Both the position numbers and the translations under genes were made by a program. From the NCBI GenBank assembly GCA_048538235.1, contig JBLYPX010000001.1, positions 787,011 to 851,010 on the forward strand: a stretch of 64,000 nucleotides of DNA, in the 5' to 3' direction. The first letter of the stretch is position 1. The number at the start of each line of letters is the position of its first letter. Shown in pieces: positions 62,669 through 64,000 of the stretch. This DNA comes from Candidatus Komeilibacteria bacterium (GTDB taxonomy: Bacteria > Patescibacteriota > Patescibacteriia > UBA1558). The notes beneath the pieces were generated by a model, which saw only the letters and a list, made by a program, of their open reading frames with translations, ran no database searches and was not told where the DNA came from.

Positions 62669-63037
62669 TTATAGCTTTGGTTGAGATTTTTCATTGCTCT
62701 CGCGTAGGGGGTGAACTTTTAAAACGTATAACCACCCAATATCTGTTGCTACGTAATGCAGCGTTACAGTTTTTGGGTTCGGCGTTCCAATCATGGCCTG
62801 CAATTTTTCGTATTCCTTTGTTGAACCTTCATAATACTCGCATAAGGTATTGGTTTGGTAGTTGTAATCAAATACCATAATTGCTTGTTCTGCTACACAC
62901 ATGGTTGGGTTGTGTAGATCATTTAAAAACTCGGATGCCCAAGCTGGTCTGTCCACCAGATATGTTGAGTGCTTGGTGATTGTGCATCCGCTTAGAATCA
63001 TCAATAGCGCCGTGCATATAATGATCATTCTTTTCAT
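62669..63037 (-). CDS. Hypothetical lipoprotein (accessory)
   Basis: Lipobox LSGC, SD AGGAGG, own promoter. Confidence 0.75.
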   Translation of the reverse strand: MKRMIIICTALLMILSGCTITKHSTYLVDRPAWASEFLNDLHNPTMCVAEQAIMVFDYNYQTNTLCEYYEGSTKEYEKLQAMIGTPNPKTVTLHYVATDIGWLYVLKVHPLRESNEKSQPKL

Positions 63038-63190
63038 AACATTCCTCCTATTCTGTTAATGCCTTATGGCTAGCGGTTGTTAACGTTCTTTAATAAGGTA
63101 CTTTATATTAAAAAGGCCATTATGTCAAATATTCAAACAAAAAAGCGTCTCAATCAAGTTTGACTCGATGAGACGCTTTGGTTTGTTTTT

Positions 63191-63859
63191 TTAGAACGTT
63201 TGTATGGCCCAGATAATTGTTACCAGGATCATACTTGATTCATTTGCGATTTCTGCAATCAGTAGACCTTTACGATTTCTATCCAAGCCGTGTTCGCGAA
63301 TAGCTAAGTAGGTTTGGAAGATGCGGATGTTGGTCATTGCATGAAAAGCGATCAGCATCACTGGATCTAGTCCGGCGCCACCATCGGTGTATACTTTCCA
63401 GGCCCACATGATTTGTGGAGCTGCTCGTACCATAGCTGAGTAAATCCCTTTTTGTATAGGATCAGCAATAGTGTTGTATACTTTGCGGCGGCTAAGCCAG
63501 AAGATCAGGGTTGTTACAGTGATAAGTGAAAGAACTAATCCAATGGTGAACCAATCCTTTGCATCCCAGACACCGATATCCTTGATAAACATCACCACTA
63601 TGAAACTTCCATAGGTGACGAAACCAAGAATGTAGATCAAAATGATCTGGTATGTGAGTCGACTTCCACCATTGCCGTGCATTTTCAGCACTAGGTAGAA
63701 GTTGATCAGTAAAGCTATCTCAGTGATGATATAGTTGCTGATACTCACGCCTTGCATGGACATAGTCCACATATGACTCAATTGCGACCACCAGAAAGGC
63801 AGTGCAAGAATCAGGTGTGCCCACATGAGAATATCAGTGAGCTTTCTTTTTTGTGTCAC
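63191..63859 (-). CDS. 7-TM membrane protein, PQ-loop/SWEET-like
   Basis: P...SQL....QGVS and AAPQI.....GAGL duplicated half-motifs. Confidence 0.55.
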   Translation of the reverse strand: MTQKRKLTDILMWAHLILALPFWWSQLSHMWTMSMQGVSISNYIITEIALLINFYLVLKMHGNGGSRLTYQIILIYILGFVTYGSFIVVMFIKDIGVWDAKDWFTIGLVLSLITVTTLIFWLSRRKVYNTIADPIQKGIYSAMVRAAPQIMWAWKVYTDGGAGLDPVMLIAFHAMTNIRIFQTYLAIREHGLDRNRKGLLIAEIANESSMILVTIIWAIQTF

Positions 63860-63860
63860 T

Positions 63861-64000
63861 TTAATCTGCTTTTACTATCCTCATGGGGGATGGAGTCAGT
63901 TTTGGTCGTTCTTTATCCCAAAGGATAAGCCCGGTAATCAGAGTGATTAAGACAAACATGGCAACTGGATATACGTATATAACGAATGCCCACTTGTTGA
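63861..64000 (-). CDS. 3' end of a membrane protein (partial)
   Basis: Open frame NKWAFVIYVYPVAMFVLITLITGLILWDK... ending TAA at 63861. Confidence 0.6.
   Translation of the reverse strand, partial: NKWAFVIYVYPVAMFVLITLITGLILWDKERPKLTPSPMRIVKAD

Overview
AT-rich bacterial chromosome segment spanning the replication origin (yidC-yidD-rnpA-rpmH | dnaA-oriC-dnaN). Gene content suggests Patescibacteria/CPR, possibly ABY1-like (inference): tandem VirB2/TrbC-like pilins, FemAB, an orphan sugar-binding lipoprotein, and mostly SD-less core genes. Translation table 11 fits. Core genes include hppA, nusA, rnhB, trxA/B, tyrS, ruvC/A, recA, ftsK, rpoBC, murE, uvrB, truB, rpsT, holA and polA. Main highlights: (1) an ORF-free 11.7-12.6 kb block in which three parS sites are interleaved with two tRNAs, a 184-nt 6S-like RNA and a divergent, unassigned ~267-nt rod-shaped RNA that shares a 16/18-nt motif with it in permuted order, followed by a bactofilin gene; (2) a CsoR/CstR-family operon linking trxB-trxA to glutamate dehydrogenase and malic enzyme; (3) an eight-gene pilin array coupled to a sugar-binding lipoprotein and flanked by glycosylation genes; (4) two expression grammars, with leaderless core genes (TAnnnT-N6-ATG) versus promoter+SD+terminator accessory cassettes; (5) a tRNA-Ser whose first base is the last base of the upstream stop codon; (6) a leaderless uORF plus terminator upstream of rpoB. 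All folding and motif calls were made by eye; no searches were run.
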